Positions 49,036 to 58,505 of a stretch of 64,000 bases of DNA are shown here, in pieces. The first letter of the stretch is position 1, and every line of letters begins with the position of its first letter. The position numbers and the translations under genes were made by a program. Below the pieces are notes generated by a model. The model worked only from the letters and a program-made list of their open reading frames with translations. It did no database searches and was not told where the DNA came from. The DNA comes from Bacilli bacterium. Its GTDB lineage: Bacteria; Bacillota_I; Bacilli_A; ML615J-28; CAG-698. The stretch is taken from the NCBI GenBank assembly GCA_017450215.1, contig JAFSVH010000063.1, forward strand, positions 5,603 to 69,602. The letters run 5' to 3'.

Positions 49036-51030
49036 CTAATTAAATAGTCCACTAATCATACATACACATTCATCAATAACACCATCAAACACTAACTCAC
49101 TATCTTCAATCTTACAACTAGCAACTAAATAATCAATAACTGTACCATTTAAATCATTAACATTATAAGCTAGTTCTAGATGAGATAAAGAACATAATGG
49201 TGATAAATATGAAGTCTCTATTTTGAATCTTTGTTTAGTAGTCATAAATCTTTTACCATTAATCACAAAATTTTGGGTGAGTAATGTTTCATATTCATCT
49301 TTTATATTATAACTAATATCATAATATAATTTATCATTTTCTTCTAATAATTTAAGTTCTATATTAGATATTGTATATTTATCTTTCGCTGAAAAGATAT
49401 AACCTGAATATGGTAACATACAATATTCATCATTAATCTTAGAATATAATCTATAATTATATTTTGTATTCTTATCAAGATTATTATATGTTATATTCTT
49501 TCCATTAATCACCTTTATATATTCTTCCTTTGCACTAGAATAAATATATAAATCTTTATATTTATCATCTATGTTACTAATAATAACTTTTATATCAAAA
49601 GATTCAGTTGTCACATTTTCACATTTAATTTCAAGTGTAGGTACACTTGCAACAATCAATAAACAATTACCATCACTTCTAGGATTACCATCACTAGGTG
49701 AATTCTGGATTGTGAGTTTACCATCTTGAATCAAGCAGATGGTGCTCGATCCACCACCATCTAGGTTGAATGCTTCAACACAGCCATAATATTTCATTAA
49801 AGCTGCTTCTTCATTTAAAGTACAACCATAACAATTAATGTTAGTTTGTCTACCATCAATTTCAGCCATTACAATCGTACCATCAGCTTTAACTCCAATT
49901 GCAGTTCTTGGATGTCTGTATTCAAGAGGTGCAACATTCTCTCCCTCTAACATTACAGTATGAGGATAACCAATCACACTATCATATTCTCCAAGTTCAC
50001 CTTCTAAAACAAATTGAACTCTAATTTTAACACCTTGTTTTATTTTTTCTTTTACTTCATTATTATTAGTCTTAATAGCAAAATTCCTTTTACCTAAACT
50101 AGCACTAGTATCACCACTTACTTCACCAATACCATAAATAGATCTTTGATCTATTGCAACTAGCTTTTCAGCATTCACTACATAAGCATTACTAACATTG
50201 ATAGTAACTGGTTCATGATTTTGGTCCCAAAAAGCAATGAAGCAACTTGTTTCACCATCTTTTGGTTCCACATTGATGTTATCAATGTCAATGCTAAAGA
50301 TGGCATTGTCATTTTCATCAAAGATATCAAGTTTAGGTTTTTCACTAATACTTCCTGTTATATTACCTTTTAAAGTTCCATCTTTAAATCCAATACTATT
50401 CCATCCTTCATTTACCCTCATGTAATTACCTTGAACAACAGTTGAACCTGTTGAAGTATAAGGGTAATTACCACCTGCTGAAATGTCAAAGAAATCACCA
50501 TTAATAGCACCTATTACTTTTTTGCCAGGATGACTAGCTTCATAATCTTCAGCCATTGCTAAAACTGTGGCCAAACTCCAATTACCATTCTTGAATTTAG
50601 CCCATGGTATAACTTCTAATCCTAAATCAGGAGAAATCTCAAACAACCTTACATCTGTAGGATAATATGTATTAGCCATCATCTTACCACTTGCAGCATA
50701 AGCTCCACCACCTGCTGCATTCATATCTCCTGTAATCTCATTAGGATCTGTAGTATTAACATAAGCCTTATCATAACGATACTTAAGACCAAATTCTAAT
50801 ACTCTATCTTCAACACTTTCTTTAACAGCATAAATAGCTTTATTATTCTCATAAGATCCTATTATTTCTACTTCTTCACCTTTATTATTTATTATTTTAT
50901 TGTTTGCATTTATTTTTAAAGATAAACTTGATACAAAAATAAAAAACAAGAAAAGAGAAATAATTAAAAAAGATGATACTTTAATTAAACAATTATTAAT
51001 AAAATTAACTTTCTTCATTTTTATCTCCAT
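49036..51030 (-). CDS. Secreted phosphodiester glycosidase (NAGPA family)
   Basis: Signal peptide; GAINGDFF, HPRTAIG, DGRQ, NLDGGGSS, NSPSDG. Confidence 0.88.
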   Translation of the reverse strand: MEIKMKKVNFINNCLIKVSSFLIISLFLFFIFVSSLSLKINANNKIINNKGEEVEIIGSYENNKAIYAVKESVEDRVLEFGLKYRYDKAYVNTTDPNEITGDMNAAGGGAYAASGKMMANTYYPTDVRLFEISPDLGLEVIPWAKFKNGNWSLATVLAMAEDYEASHPGKKVIGAINGDFFDISAGGNYPYTSTGSTVVQGNYMRVNEGWNSIGFKDGTLKGNITGSISEKPKLDIFDENDNAIFSIDIDNINVEPKDGETSCFIAFWDQNHEPVTINVSNAYVVNAEKLVAIDQRSIYGIGEVSGDTSASLGKRNFAIKTNNNEVKEKIKQGVKIRVQFVLEGELGEYDSVIGYPHTVMLEGENVAPLEYRHPRTAIGVKADGTIVMAEIDGRQTNINCYGCTLNEEAALMKYYGCVEAFNLDGGGSSTICLIQDGKLTIQNSPSDGNPRSDGNCLLIVASVPTLEIKCENVTTESFDIKVIISNIDDKYKDLYIYSSAKEEYIKVINGKNITYNNLDKNTKYNYRLYSKINDEYCMLPYSGYIFSAKDKYTISNIELKLLEENDKLYYDISYNIKDEYETLLTQNFVINGKRFMTTKQRFKIETSYLSPLCSLSHLELAYNVNDLNGTVIDYLVASCKIEDSELVFDGVIDECVCMISGLFN

Positions 51031-51247
51031 TTATTTATTTTTATTACATATTCATTTTACCATATATGTATTAATCATAAAAGGAAATAAAACAAATAAT
51101 CTCTTAAATCATAATAAATAAAATCTATATCTCAAACAAGAAAATAAATAAATATATAAAGCAAACAATGAAGCACTAAGAAAAATAAACAGCACATCCC
51201 ACCAACTGTAAAAAACATACGTATCCGTAAAAAAATTACGGAATATG

Positions 51248-51276
51248 TTGACATCTCATTTGCTTAGTGATAAAAT
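51248..51276 (+). promoter_or_regulatory. Sigma-70/SigA promoter
   Basis: TTGACA-17 bp-TAAAAT with TG; GGAGG RBS before ATG 51302. Confidence 0.75.
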
Positions 51277-51301
51277 GTATTTAGATATGGAGGAAAATAA
51301 T

Positions 51302-52423
51302 ATGCTTATTGGTTTTTCTGTTGAAAATTATAGAAATTTTAAAGATAAGGTTACTTTAAATTTTGAAAATGTACATGATTATGAATATAATAAACAATGC
51401 ATTAAAAACGGTCTACTTAGCAAAGCAATAATATATGGTGCCAATGCTTCAGGAAAAAGCAATTTTGGCTTTGCTCTTTTTGATATTGTTGGTTTACTTA
51501 CAGACAAAAATACACATTATTGTCAAAACGATGAACAAACATTCGTTAATGCAGATTCTGATTCAGATGTTGCAACATTCGAATATGTCTTCAAAAACAA
51601 GAAAGATACAATTACATATTTGTATAAGAAAAAAAGCCCTAAAATTATTACTTATGAAGAATTAGTAATAAATAAAAAAAGTATTTTTTCATATGACTTT
51701 GAAAAAAGGAATTTCATTCAAATTGATTTGAAGGAAATTCATGCTGAAAACGCTAATTTCAATTACTTTGAAAATAATTTTGCAGTTCTAAGATATATAG
51801 CTAATAATACAAGTCAGCCAGATAATTCACATGTTAAGTTCATCATGAACTTTGTTTCACATATGTTATGGTTTAGAACTCTACAAGAAAATGGATATAT
51901 TGGCCTAATTTCAGGTAGTGAAAATGTGAATCAATGGATTTCAAACAATAATTTAGATAAAGAATTTCAAAAGTTTTTATTAGATTTAGCAAACATTGAA
52001 ATTAATTTAGATATCGTTGATTTACAACAACCAATAAAACAAAAGTTTTTAGTTGAAAAACACAAGAAAGGTGTATTTGCTTTTGATCAAGTTGCTTCTA
52101 GTGGATGTAAAGCATTAGAACTATTATTTTATTGGACTAAGCGATTTAAAGATGTTTCATTCTTATTTATGGATGAATTTGATGCATTTTACCATTTTGA
52201 TTTAGCAAGAAATGTTGTAAAGTATATTAGCGAATTTGATAATTTACAAGCAATTATGACAACACACAATCCATATTTAGCAAGCAATGAATTATTAAGA
52301 CCTGATTGCTATTTCATTCTTGAAAATTGCAAATTAACTTCTTTTGCTGATAGCACTGAAAGAGAATTGAGAGAAGGTCATAATTTAGAAAAAATGCTAA
52401 AAAACGGAGAATTCAATGGGTAA
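51302..52423 (+). CDS. AAA_21/RloA-like ATPase
   Basis: FSVENYRNF, YGANASGKS, ASSG, FMDEFDAFYH, MTTH, RPDC; start moved to MLIGFSV. Confidence 0.88.
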   Translation: MLIGFSVENYRNFKDKVTLNFENVHDYEYNKQCIKNGLLSKAIIYGANASGKSNFGFALFDIVGLLTDKNTHYCQNDEQTFVNADSDSDVATFEYVFKNKKDTITYLYKKKSPKIITYEELVINKKSIFSYDFEKRNFIQIDLKEIHAENANFNYFENNFAVLRYIANNTSQPDNSHVKFIMNFVSHMLWFRTLQENGYIGLISGSENVNQWISNNNLDKEFQKFLLDLANIEINLDIVDLQQPIKQKFLVEKHKKGVFAFDQVASSGCKALELLFYWTKRFKDVSFLFMDEFDAFYHFDLARNVVKYISEFDNLQAIMTTHNPYLASNELLRPDCYFILENCKLTSFADSTERELREGHNLEKMLKNGEFNG

Positions 52424-53186
52424 AAATGTTCTTCTTATTATAGAAAGTGATTCAGACGAACCAAAATTCTTTGATAAATTATTTTCTAAATGTAATAGAA
52501 AAGCAAAATATAAATTCTATTCTTATAGAACTACTATTCATATCCTATCACAAGAATTATATAATAATTATCCTGACTTTGATGATGGGTATATTGATAT
52601 TAAACTAATTTTGGCCTCATTAGAAAAAGATGAACAGAAAAAGGCACTTCTACTTTCTCAATACTCTGATATTTATTTAGTTTTCGATTTTGAGCCACAG
52701 CATGATCATCCTCATTTTGATACAGTAAGAAGAATGATTGCATATTTTAACAATTCCACAAATCAAGGTAAATTATTCATCAATTATCCAATGATGCAAT
52801 CTTATAAACATTTTGATAAATTACCATGCCCTAATTATGAATTTCTAAAAGTAACTTTAGATGAAATTAAAGATTATAAAAGAATAGTTGGCGAATTTAG
52901 TAACTATACTGATTTAAATACATATGATTATATATTTTTTTATAGTATTACTATTCATAATCTAAAAAAAGCAAATAAGTTATTTGGGGATAAATATGAA
53001 ATCTATAATGATGAAAAATATGTGAAACGTGACTTCACTAACATTTTTGATTATCAATTGCAGGCTCTTCAATGTAAAGAAATAGTTTATGTACTAAATA
53101 CATGCATTTTTGCTTTAATTGATTTTGCTCCTAAAAAATTCTTTTCATTCATAGAAAAGCATAGAACTTTTTTACTAATTGATTAA
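52416..53186 (+). CDS. TOPRIM/RloB-like partner of the ATPase
   Basis: LLIIES..DE, YLVFDFE, GKLFINYPM; 8-bp overlap with the ATPase gene. Confidence 0.55.
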   Translation: MGKNVLLIIESDSDEPKFFDKLFSKCNRKAKYKFYSYRTTIHILSQELYNNYPDFDDGYIDIKLILASLEKDEQKKALLLSQYSDIYLVFDFEPQHDHPHFDTVRRMIAYFNNSTNQGKLFINYPMMQSYKHFDKLPCPNYEFLKVTLDEIKDYKRIVGEFSNYTDLNTYDYIFFYSITIHNLKKANKLFGDKYEIYNDEKYVKRDFTNIFDYQLQALQCKEIVYVLNTCIFALIDFAPKKFFSFIEKHRTFLLID

Positions 53187-53221
53187 ATATGGTCATCTAG
53201 CATAATAAACATCAATTAAGA

Positions 53222-53263
53222 ATTAAAGGCTTTAGAGCAATCATCTACTCTAAAGCCTTTAAT
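53222..53263. terminator. Terminator hairpin
   Basis: ATTAAAGGCTTTAGAG/CTCTAAAGCCTTTAAT 16-bp stem. Confidence 0.8.
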
Positions 53264-53428
53264 GTAATTTTTATCATTAATCCTACTTCACTTGTCCTTT
53301 CTCTAAAGTTTCCAGTATTTCACTCACAACGCCTCGTTTCACTTTCATCAATAGTTCATAATTAAGTAATGTTTTAAATGTATTATTATAAAATTGCTTA
53401 CTTTTTAATAATTATGGCAAACAGGGAA

Positions 53429-53544
53429 TGTGGTCTATTGGTGGTTTTTCGGTGGTTTCTTGTGGTCTATTGGTGGTTTTTTGTGGTTTATTGGTGGTTT
53501 TTTGTGGTTTATTGGTGGTTTTTTGTGGTTTATTGGTGATTTCT
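53429..53544. repeat. 21-bp tandem repeat (TGTGGTYTATTGGTGGTTTTT), 5 copies plus a half unit
   Basis: Units start at 53429, 53461, 53482, 53503 and 53524; 11-bp half unit at 53450. Confidence 0.92.
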
Positions 53545-53606
53545 CTAAATAAGGCTTATCTTAAGCACTGACTATTAAATAAACAATTAACTTCGATACG
53601 TATAAT

Positions 53607-53644
53607 TAAAAAGTCGCAATACCTATATTTAAAGTATCGCGACT
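53607..53644 (-). terminator. Intrinsic terminator of the abiE operon
   Basis: Minus strand AGTCGCGATAC...GTATTGCGACT followed by TTTT. Confidence 0.75.
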
Positions 53645-53660
53645 CTTCTAAAACAATAAC

Positions 53661-54539
53661 TTAACAATACTCAATTAAATCTATACTACTAATAAATATA
53701 TCTTTATTAAAAGAATTAAAAAGTATGTCATTACCAAATATAAATGGAATAATATCTTTTTTTGCTTCTTCAAAATCAATAGAATTAAATCTATCAAAAA
53801 GCAATTCTTTTAATTCTATTATTGTTAATTCATCTTTTTCCAAATATCCAAATCTCTTTAATCCACTAATCAAAAAATCTTTATTAATTTTAGCTCCTTT
53901 ATAAATATAAAATAAATAATCATAAAAATCTCTACCTTTAATTCTATTTTTCCAACCACGATTTAAAACAGCAATTAACTTTGATGCAAATAAAGTTTCT
54001 ATTTTGAATATTCTAATTTGTGAAAGAGAAGGATATGTTAATAATTTGAACTCAGTTTCACCACCACTAAAGCACTTAGTTTCAATTTCTACTTTTATAG
54101 ATAATACTTCATTATTAATTATTTGATTAGCATATTCTTTATAACTAATTTCAAACAAGTGCTTCATATTAAATCTGAAATATCTTGATAGGACTGTTGA
54201 ATCAACATTCTTATCTTTATTATAAATATTATAATCTATTAATAAACTATCTAATTCTATTTTTGCTAAAGAGATATATTTATCAAAATCAAATCCTGAT
54301 ATTTCTTTAATTAACATAAAATCTAATCCATCAGAGAATCTAGTTAGATCCCTAAAAATTCTAAGAGATGTACCACCATAAAATACTGCATATTTAAAGA
54401 AATCAGTTTTACCAAATCCTGATAAAATCACTTTTTGCAATGTTTCTTTCATCGCATTTTTAATTTCGTTAATATTTCTAGGATTTAGTCTTTTCACTTC
54501 ATCAAAGAATAATGTATTAATCATATAACTTCTCCTCAC
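53661..54539 (-). CDS. abiEii: AbiEii-family nucleotidyltransferase toxin (type IV TA) with altered catalytic motif
   Basis: AVFYGGTSLRIF, RFSDGLDF (consensus RFSEDLDF), IKVEIE, ASKL.A, KGRDFYD; likely start 54524. Confidence 0.85.
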   Translation of the reverse strand: MRRSYMINTLFFDEVKRLNPRNINEIKNAMKETLQKVILSGFGKTDFFKYAVFYGGTSLRIFRDLTRFSDGLDFMLIKEISGFDFDKYISLAKIELDSLLIDYNIYNKDKNVDSTVLSRYFRFNMKHLFEISYKEYANQIINNEVLSIKVEIETKCFSGGETEFKLLTYPSLSQIRIFKIETLFASKLIAVLNRGWKNRIKGRDFYDYLFYIYKGAKINKDFLISGLKRFGYLEKDELTIIELKELLFDRFNSIDFEEAKKDIIPFIFGNDILFNSFNKDIFISSIDLIEYC

Positions 54540-55131
54540 TCAACATATTAGCAAACATCGATACATTTCTAGAATGATATAGTGGAGCTAATTCACTCAC
54601 TATATTCTTATCTAATGTATCTAATATCATCTCATTAATCCTTAAATCTTCAAATATTAAAGCTCTCATGTCCTTCATATTTTGCATTGGTTTAATTTTA
54701 TATAACATATCTAATAAAGCTTTTTCTTTTGTTGCCATTTTATATACATAACCATTAACATTAATTATATCTACACCATATGGGAATACTTGTTTAGGTA
54801 CATCTTGATACATATATAAACCAAACATAGTATGATATTCTTTATTCTTCCTTTTATTATATGTTGCATTAGTAATTGCATATACTCTTTCAGGAATCAA
54901 TTCATGAAAAGATAATGCACTTTCAAATGAAATATATGATGGAGAATAAATAGGATCTGCTAAATAATATCTTTCAACATCTTTATTAGTTTCATATAAT
55001 CCTTTTGTAATTGGATATATTTCTTTATTAGTTACCATTCTTTGAATCTTAGTTTTAGGATTCTTATAATTCTTTAATTCTTCTAATAACATTTGATAAG
55101 TCTTTATCATATTTTCACCACCTAGTATCAT
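54517..55131 (-). CDS. abiEi: AbiEi-family antitoxin
   Basis: KGLYE, IYSPSYISFESALSFHELIPERVY, ATKEKALLD; likely start 55110. Confidence 0.88.
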   Translation of the reverse strand: MILGGENMIKTYQMLLEELKNYKNPKTKIQRMVTNKEIYPITKGLYETNKDVERYYLADPIYSPSYISFESALSFHELIPERVYAITNATYNKRKNKEYHTMFGLYMYQDVPKQVFPYGVDIINVNGYVYKMATKEKALLDMLYKIKPMQNMKDMRALIFEDLRINEMILDTLDKNIVSELAPLYHSRNVSMFANMLSEEKLYD

Positions 55132-55189
55132 TATACGATACTTTGTGGCAAAAATAAAGCATTTTTTAAATTTTTATATAATAAAAATA

Positions 55190-55223
55190 AAGTGATGAAA
55201 GATATAAACACCTCTCATCACTT
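55190..55223 (-). terminator. Terminator hairpin
   Basis: AAGTGATGA/TCATCACTT stem downstream of the lipoprotein gene. Confidence 0.6.
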
Positions 55224-55276
55224 ATATAAATAAATATATGTATATATAAATATATTTAAATATATTTGTCTATTTA

Positions 55277-57154
55277 TTATTCGTAAAAATCTTTTACTTC
55301 TTTTTCTAGATAATCTTTATATGGACTAACTACTTCTTCCCATGTTTTTGTAACACTTTCTCTTTTCATATATGAAATCATATCAGTTTTAAATGGATGA
55401 ACATAACTAGTAGATTGCGTACAAGCTGAAGCAACAAATGGGTCAATAATCCCATCTTCTCCTAATCCACCAATAAAGGATCCATCTTCTTGCTTTTCAC
55501 CTAACATAATTTTCATATATACTTTAACTGAAGCTTCGCTAGAAAAATTATTATTAGCAATTGCTCTTATTTTTTCTTCATAATTATAGCCATCACTTGC
55601 TTCATAATATTGCTTTGAAGTATTTAAGTAATCCATATATATTCTATATATATTTTCAGTTGTGCAGTCATCACCATAATCCTTATATGCCCATGATCTA
55701 CCACTTGACATTACAAGGCTATCTGTTGTTGAAAGGGCGAATAAACTTTCTTCATTTTCAGTTGGGAATGGAACAAAACCTAATTTTGCATTATTATCAC
55801 TCCAATACCTCTTATTAAAATATGTATCATTACTAACATCAGCTACTTGTGCGACACTAAACAAAGCTAAACCATCAGACCAATATTTAGAATTAAATGC
55901 TAATTCAAAATCAGTATCCATTGCACCAGCTAAAGTAATATCTCTCAATGCCTTTGCTGCTTTTTGTTGAATCAAACCATCCATGTTAGCACTTAGACCA
56001 ACTATATCAAAAACCTTAACACCACTAGCATTAACTAAACCACTCCACAAAGCAAGAGCACCACCAGTTAATGCATAATAAGATTTACTATCAGTATTAA
56101 AACTATTTAATATATTTTGAACTTTAATACAATATTCTTTAAATGTATCAAAGTTCCAATCTCCATCTAAATACATTTGAGCAGGTTCTTTAATACTAGG
56201 ATCTTTTTCTTTTATCTTTTCAAATAATCCAAGATTATAATATAGAATATTATCCATATTTAATGCTCTTTCATTAATTGTATATAATTTATCTTTATAT
56301 GTTCCAGAATTAATAGAAACTTTATTCATATAATTATTGCCATATAAATTATAAAAATCAGTTAAATCAAGTAGTGCTCCTTCTTTCACAATAGTTGGAA
56401 TAATAGAATCTTGAATTACATAAAAATCATATTCAGCTTTTTCGTTTTTATTTTCATTAATAATATAATTCCATCTTTGAGGACCCCATGGTGCATCATC
56501 AGGATATGCAACATAAGCTATCTTACAATTATATTTTTCTTCAATATCTTTAATAGCTTTTATTTTATATTCTCTATCATCTTTATCATAATAATATTCA
56601 TTTTCAGTCTCTTTACCAAGTCTTGCATCATAAACACCTAGAGAATGCAAAGATTGAGCTATTTTAATTGTATATCCTTTTAAATCAATCTTTACTTCTT
56701 GATTCAATACCTCAAAATCAAATGATTCAGTTTTCTTAACACCTGATATTTCATAGGTAATAGTAATACTAGCATTTCCAACTTTCAATGCTTTAATATT
56801 ACCATTATCATCAATAGAAAGAACATCAGGATTATCGCTTGTAAAAGTAGGATTAACATTTTCCCACTTTAACAATTCAACATCATCATATTTATCACTA
56901 GGATAAAGAACTTTTGATAAATTATATTCATCACCGACATATATCTTGCTATCACAATCAAAGCTTAATTCATAATAAGCATCACTATAATCATGCGTAG
57001 AATCTCTATCATCATTATCATCATCCTTATTATGATTATCATCATTTACATTATCATGCTTTTTATCATCATTTATATTCTTATCTTCACAACCAACTAG
57101 GCAAAAAATAAACAAGAATAAAAATAAACCAAATATGATTTTCTTCATCATCAA
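55277..57154 (-). CDS. Lipoprotein with Ig-like (Big_2) domain and extracellular solute-binding domain
   Basis: Lipobox LVGC; FTSDNPDVLSIDDNGNIKALKVGNASIT; IEEKYNCKI, LYYNLGLF, GDWNFDTF, GFVPFP; no permease or ATPase alongside. Confidence 0.8.
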   Translation of the reverse strand: MMMKKIIFGLFLFLFIFCLVGCEDKNINDDKKHDNVNDDNHNKDDDNDDRDSTHDYSDAYYELSFDCDSKIYVGDEYNLSKVLYPSDKYDDVELLKWENVNPTFTSDNPDVLSIDDNGNIKALKVGNASITITYEISGVKKTESFDFEVLNQEVKIDLKGYTIKIAQSLHSLGVYDARLGKETENEYYYDKDDREYKIKAIKDIEEKYNCKIAYVAYPDDAPWGPQRWNYIINENKNEKAEYDFYVIQDSIIPTIVKEGALLDLTDFYNLYGNNYMNKVSINSGTYKDKLYTINERALNMDNILYYNLGLFEKIKEKDPSIKEPAQMYLDGDWNFDTFKEYCIKVQNILNSFNTDSKSYYALTGGALALWSGLVNASGVKVFDIVGLSANMDGLIQQKAAKALRDITLAGAMDTDFELAFNSKYWSDGLALFSVAQVADVSNDTYFNKRYWSDNNAKLGFVPFPTENEESLFALSTTDSLVMSSGRSWAYKDYGDDCTTENIYRIYMDYLNTSKQYYEASDGYNYEEKIRAIANNNFSSEASVKVYMKIMLGEKQEDGSFIGGLGEDGIIDPFVASACTQSTSYVHPFKTDMISYMKRESVTKTWEEVVSPYKDYLEKEVKDFYE

Positions 57155-57377
57155 TACCTCACTATAATAACCTGAATAGCCAACTACATTATATCACATT
57201 TACAAAGGGATTAAAATTAAAGATTAGCATTTTGTATCATTTTTTAATAGAGAAAGATAATAAATAATAATATTCTTACAGAATAAAAACGGCCCAGCTC
57301 GTTATTGAGTTGAGTCGCTTTTATTTTCTTTAACTTTAATCCCTAATTAAATACTTCTTTAAAACTTTTTATTATTT

Positions 57378-57386
57378 TGCTATAAT
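57378..57386 (+). promoter_or_regulatory. Extended -10 promoter element
   Basis: TGCTATAAT 10 bp upstream of an AAAGGAGGT RBS. Confidence 0.6.
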
Positions 57387-57413
57387 AAATGTAATAAAAG
57401 GAGGTAATCGAAA

Positions 57414-57461
57414 ATGAAAAATCTCATTAAAATAACAAAGCAATTTAACATAAAGACCTAA
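57414..57461 (+). CDS. 15-aa mini-ORF / putative leader peptide MKNLIKITKQFNIKT
   Basis: Full AAAGGAGGT RBS 8 nt before the ATG; the stop overlaps a terminator stem. Confidence 0.5.
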   Translation: MKNLIKITKQFNIKT

Positions 57462-57492
57462 CTCCATCGTAGAAATACAATGGAGTTTTTTT
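57460..57492 (+). terminator. Intrinsic terminator between the mini-ORF and the RhuM-family gene
   Basis: AACTCCAT-c-GTA-GAAA-TAC-a-ATGGAGTT with a T7 tract. Confidence 0.75.
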
Positions 57493-57512
57493 CGAAAAAA
57501 AGGAGGAAAAAT

Positions 57513-58358
57513 ATGAATATTAAAGAAAAGAAATACGATTTAATAAAATTTGAAGATGGTGATTTTAGTTTAGATGTAAATGTATCACCAAATGAAGAAA
57601 CCGTATGGTTAAACGTTCACGATTTGGCACAATTATTTGAACGCGATGAAAAAACGATACGAAAACATATTAATAATGCACTTAAAGAGGAATGTATTAA
57701 TTCAACAGTCGCAAAATTTGCGACAGTTCAAAATGAAGGAAATAGAAAAGTTACAAGAGAAATTGAATATTTCAATTTAGATATTATAACTTCCGTTGGA
57801 TATAGAGTAAAATCTAAACGTGGTATACAATTTCGTATATGGGCTAACTCAGTTTTAAAACAATATTTATTAAATGGGTATGCAATTAATACTGAAAGAA
57901 TTATGGCTTACCAATCTAATATATTACAATTAGAAGCTAATGTGATAAATATAGAAAATAGATTAAAGAATTTAGAAATGACTATATATTCTGATAATAC
58001 TCAAATTATATTTGAAGGCGAGATATTAGAACCATATACATTTTTAAGAAAACTATTCTTTTTAGCAAGAAATGAAATAACTATAATAGATCAATATGCA
58101 GATAAGTTTTTACTTTCTATGTTATCTGATTTAAAAGTTAAAATATTAATCGTTACTTCTACTTCATCATATTTAAATAAAGAAATAATACCTAATAATA
58201 TAACAATCATTCATAACGATATTATTCATGATAGATTCATCATTATTGATGATTTAGTATATGCAATAGGTTCTTCATTTAATGATATAGGTAAAAAAAG
58301 ATTCTTTATGATGAAATTAGAAAATATTACAAAAAAAATGATATTAGAAAATAAATAA
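57513..58358 (+). CDS. RhuM-family protein fused to a PLD-like domain
   Basis: ETVWL...LF, YFNLDIITSVGYRVKSKRGIQFRIWA; C-terminal IIDQY...HDRFIIIDD...IGSSFNDIGKK; start at ATG after AGGAGG. Confidence 0.85.
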   Translation: MNIKEKKYDLIKFEDGDFSLDVNVSPNEETVWLNVHDLAQLFERDEKTIRKHINNALKEECINSTVAKFATVQNEGNRKVTREIEYFNLDIITSVGYRVKSKRGIQFRIWANSVLKQYLLNGYAINTERIMAYQSNILQLEANVINIENRLKNLEMTIYSDNTQIIFEGEILEPYTFLRKLFFLARNEITIIDQYADKFLLSMLSDLKVKILIVTSTSSYLNKEIIPNNITIIHNDIIHDRFIIIDDLVYAIGSSFNDIGKKRFFMMKLENITKKMILENK

Positions 58359-58446
58359 TGAATTTCATATTATACCTAATGTTTTATATATAATAGATAG
58401 GTAACACAAAACAAATGTAAATAATAAGATATAAATTATAAATTAA

Positions 58447-58490
58447 AAAGTTAACATTAACCCAATGTATAAAGGATTAATGTTAACTTT
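58447..58490. terminator. Bidirectional terminator
   Basis: AAAGTTAACATTAA/TTAATGTTAACTTT between convergent genes. Confidence 0.75.
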
Positions 58491-58505
58491 AATATTTTAT
58501 ATTTA

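Noticed and set aside
53429-53544. Possible CRISPR array
   Set aside because: Contiguous tandem units with no unique spacers, no palindrome and no cas genes
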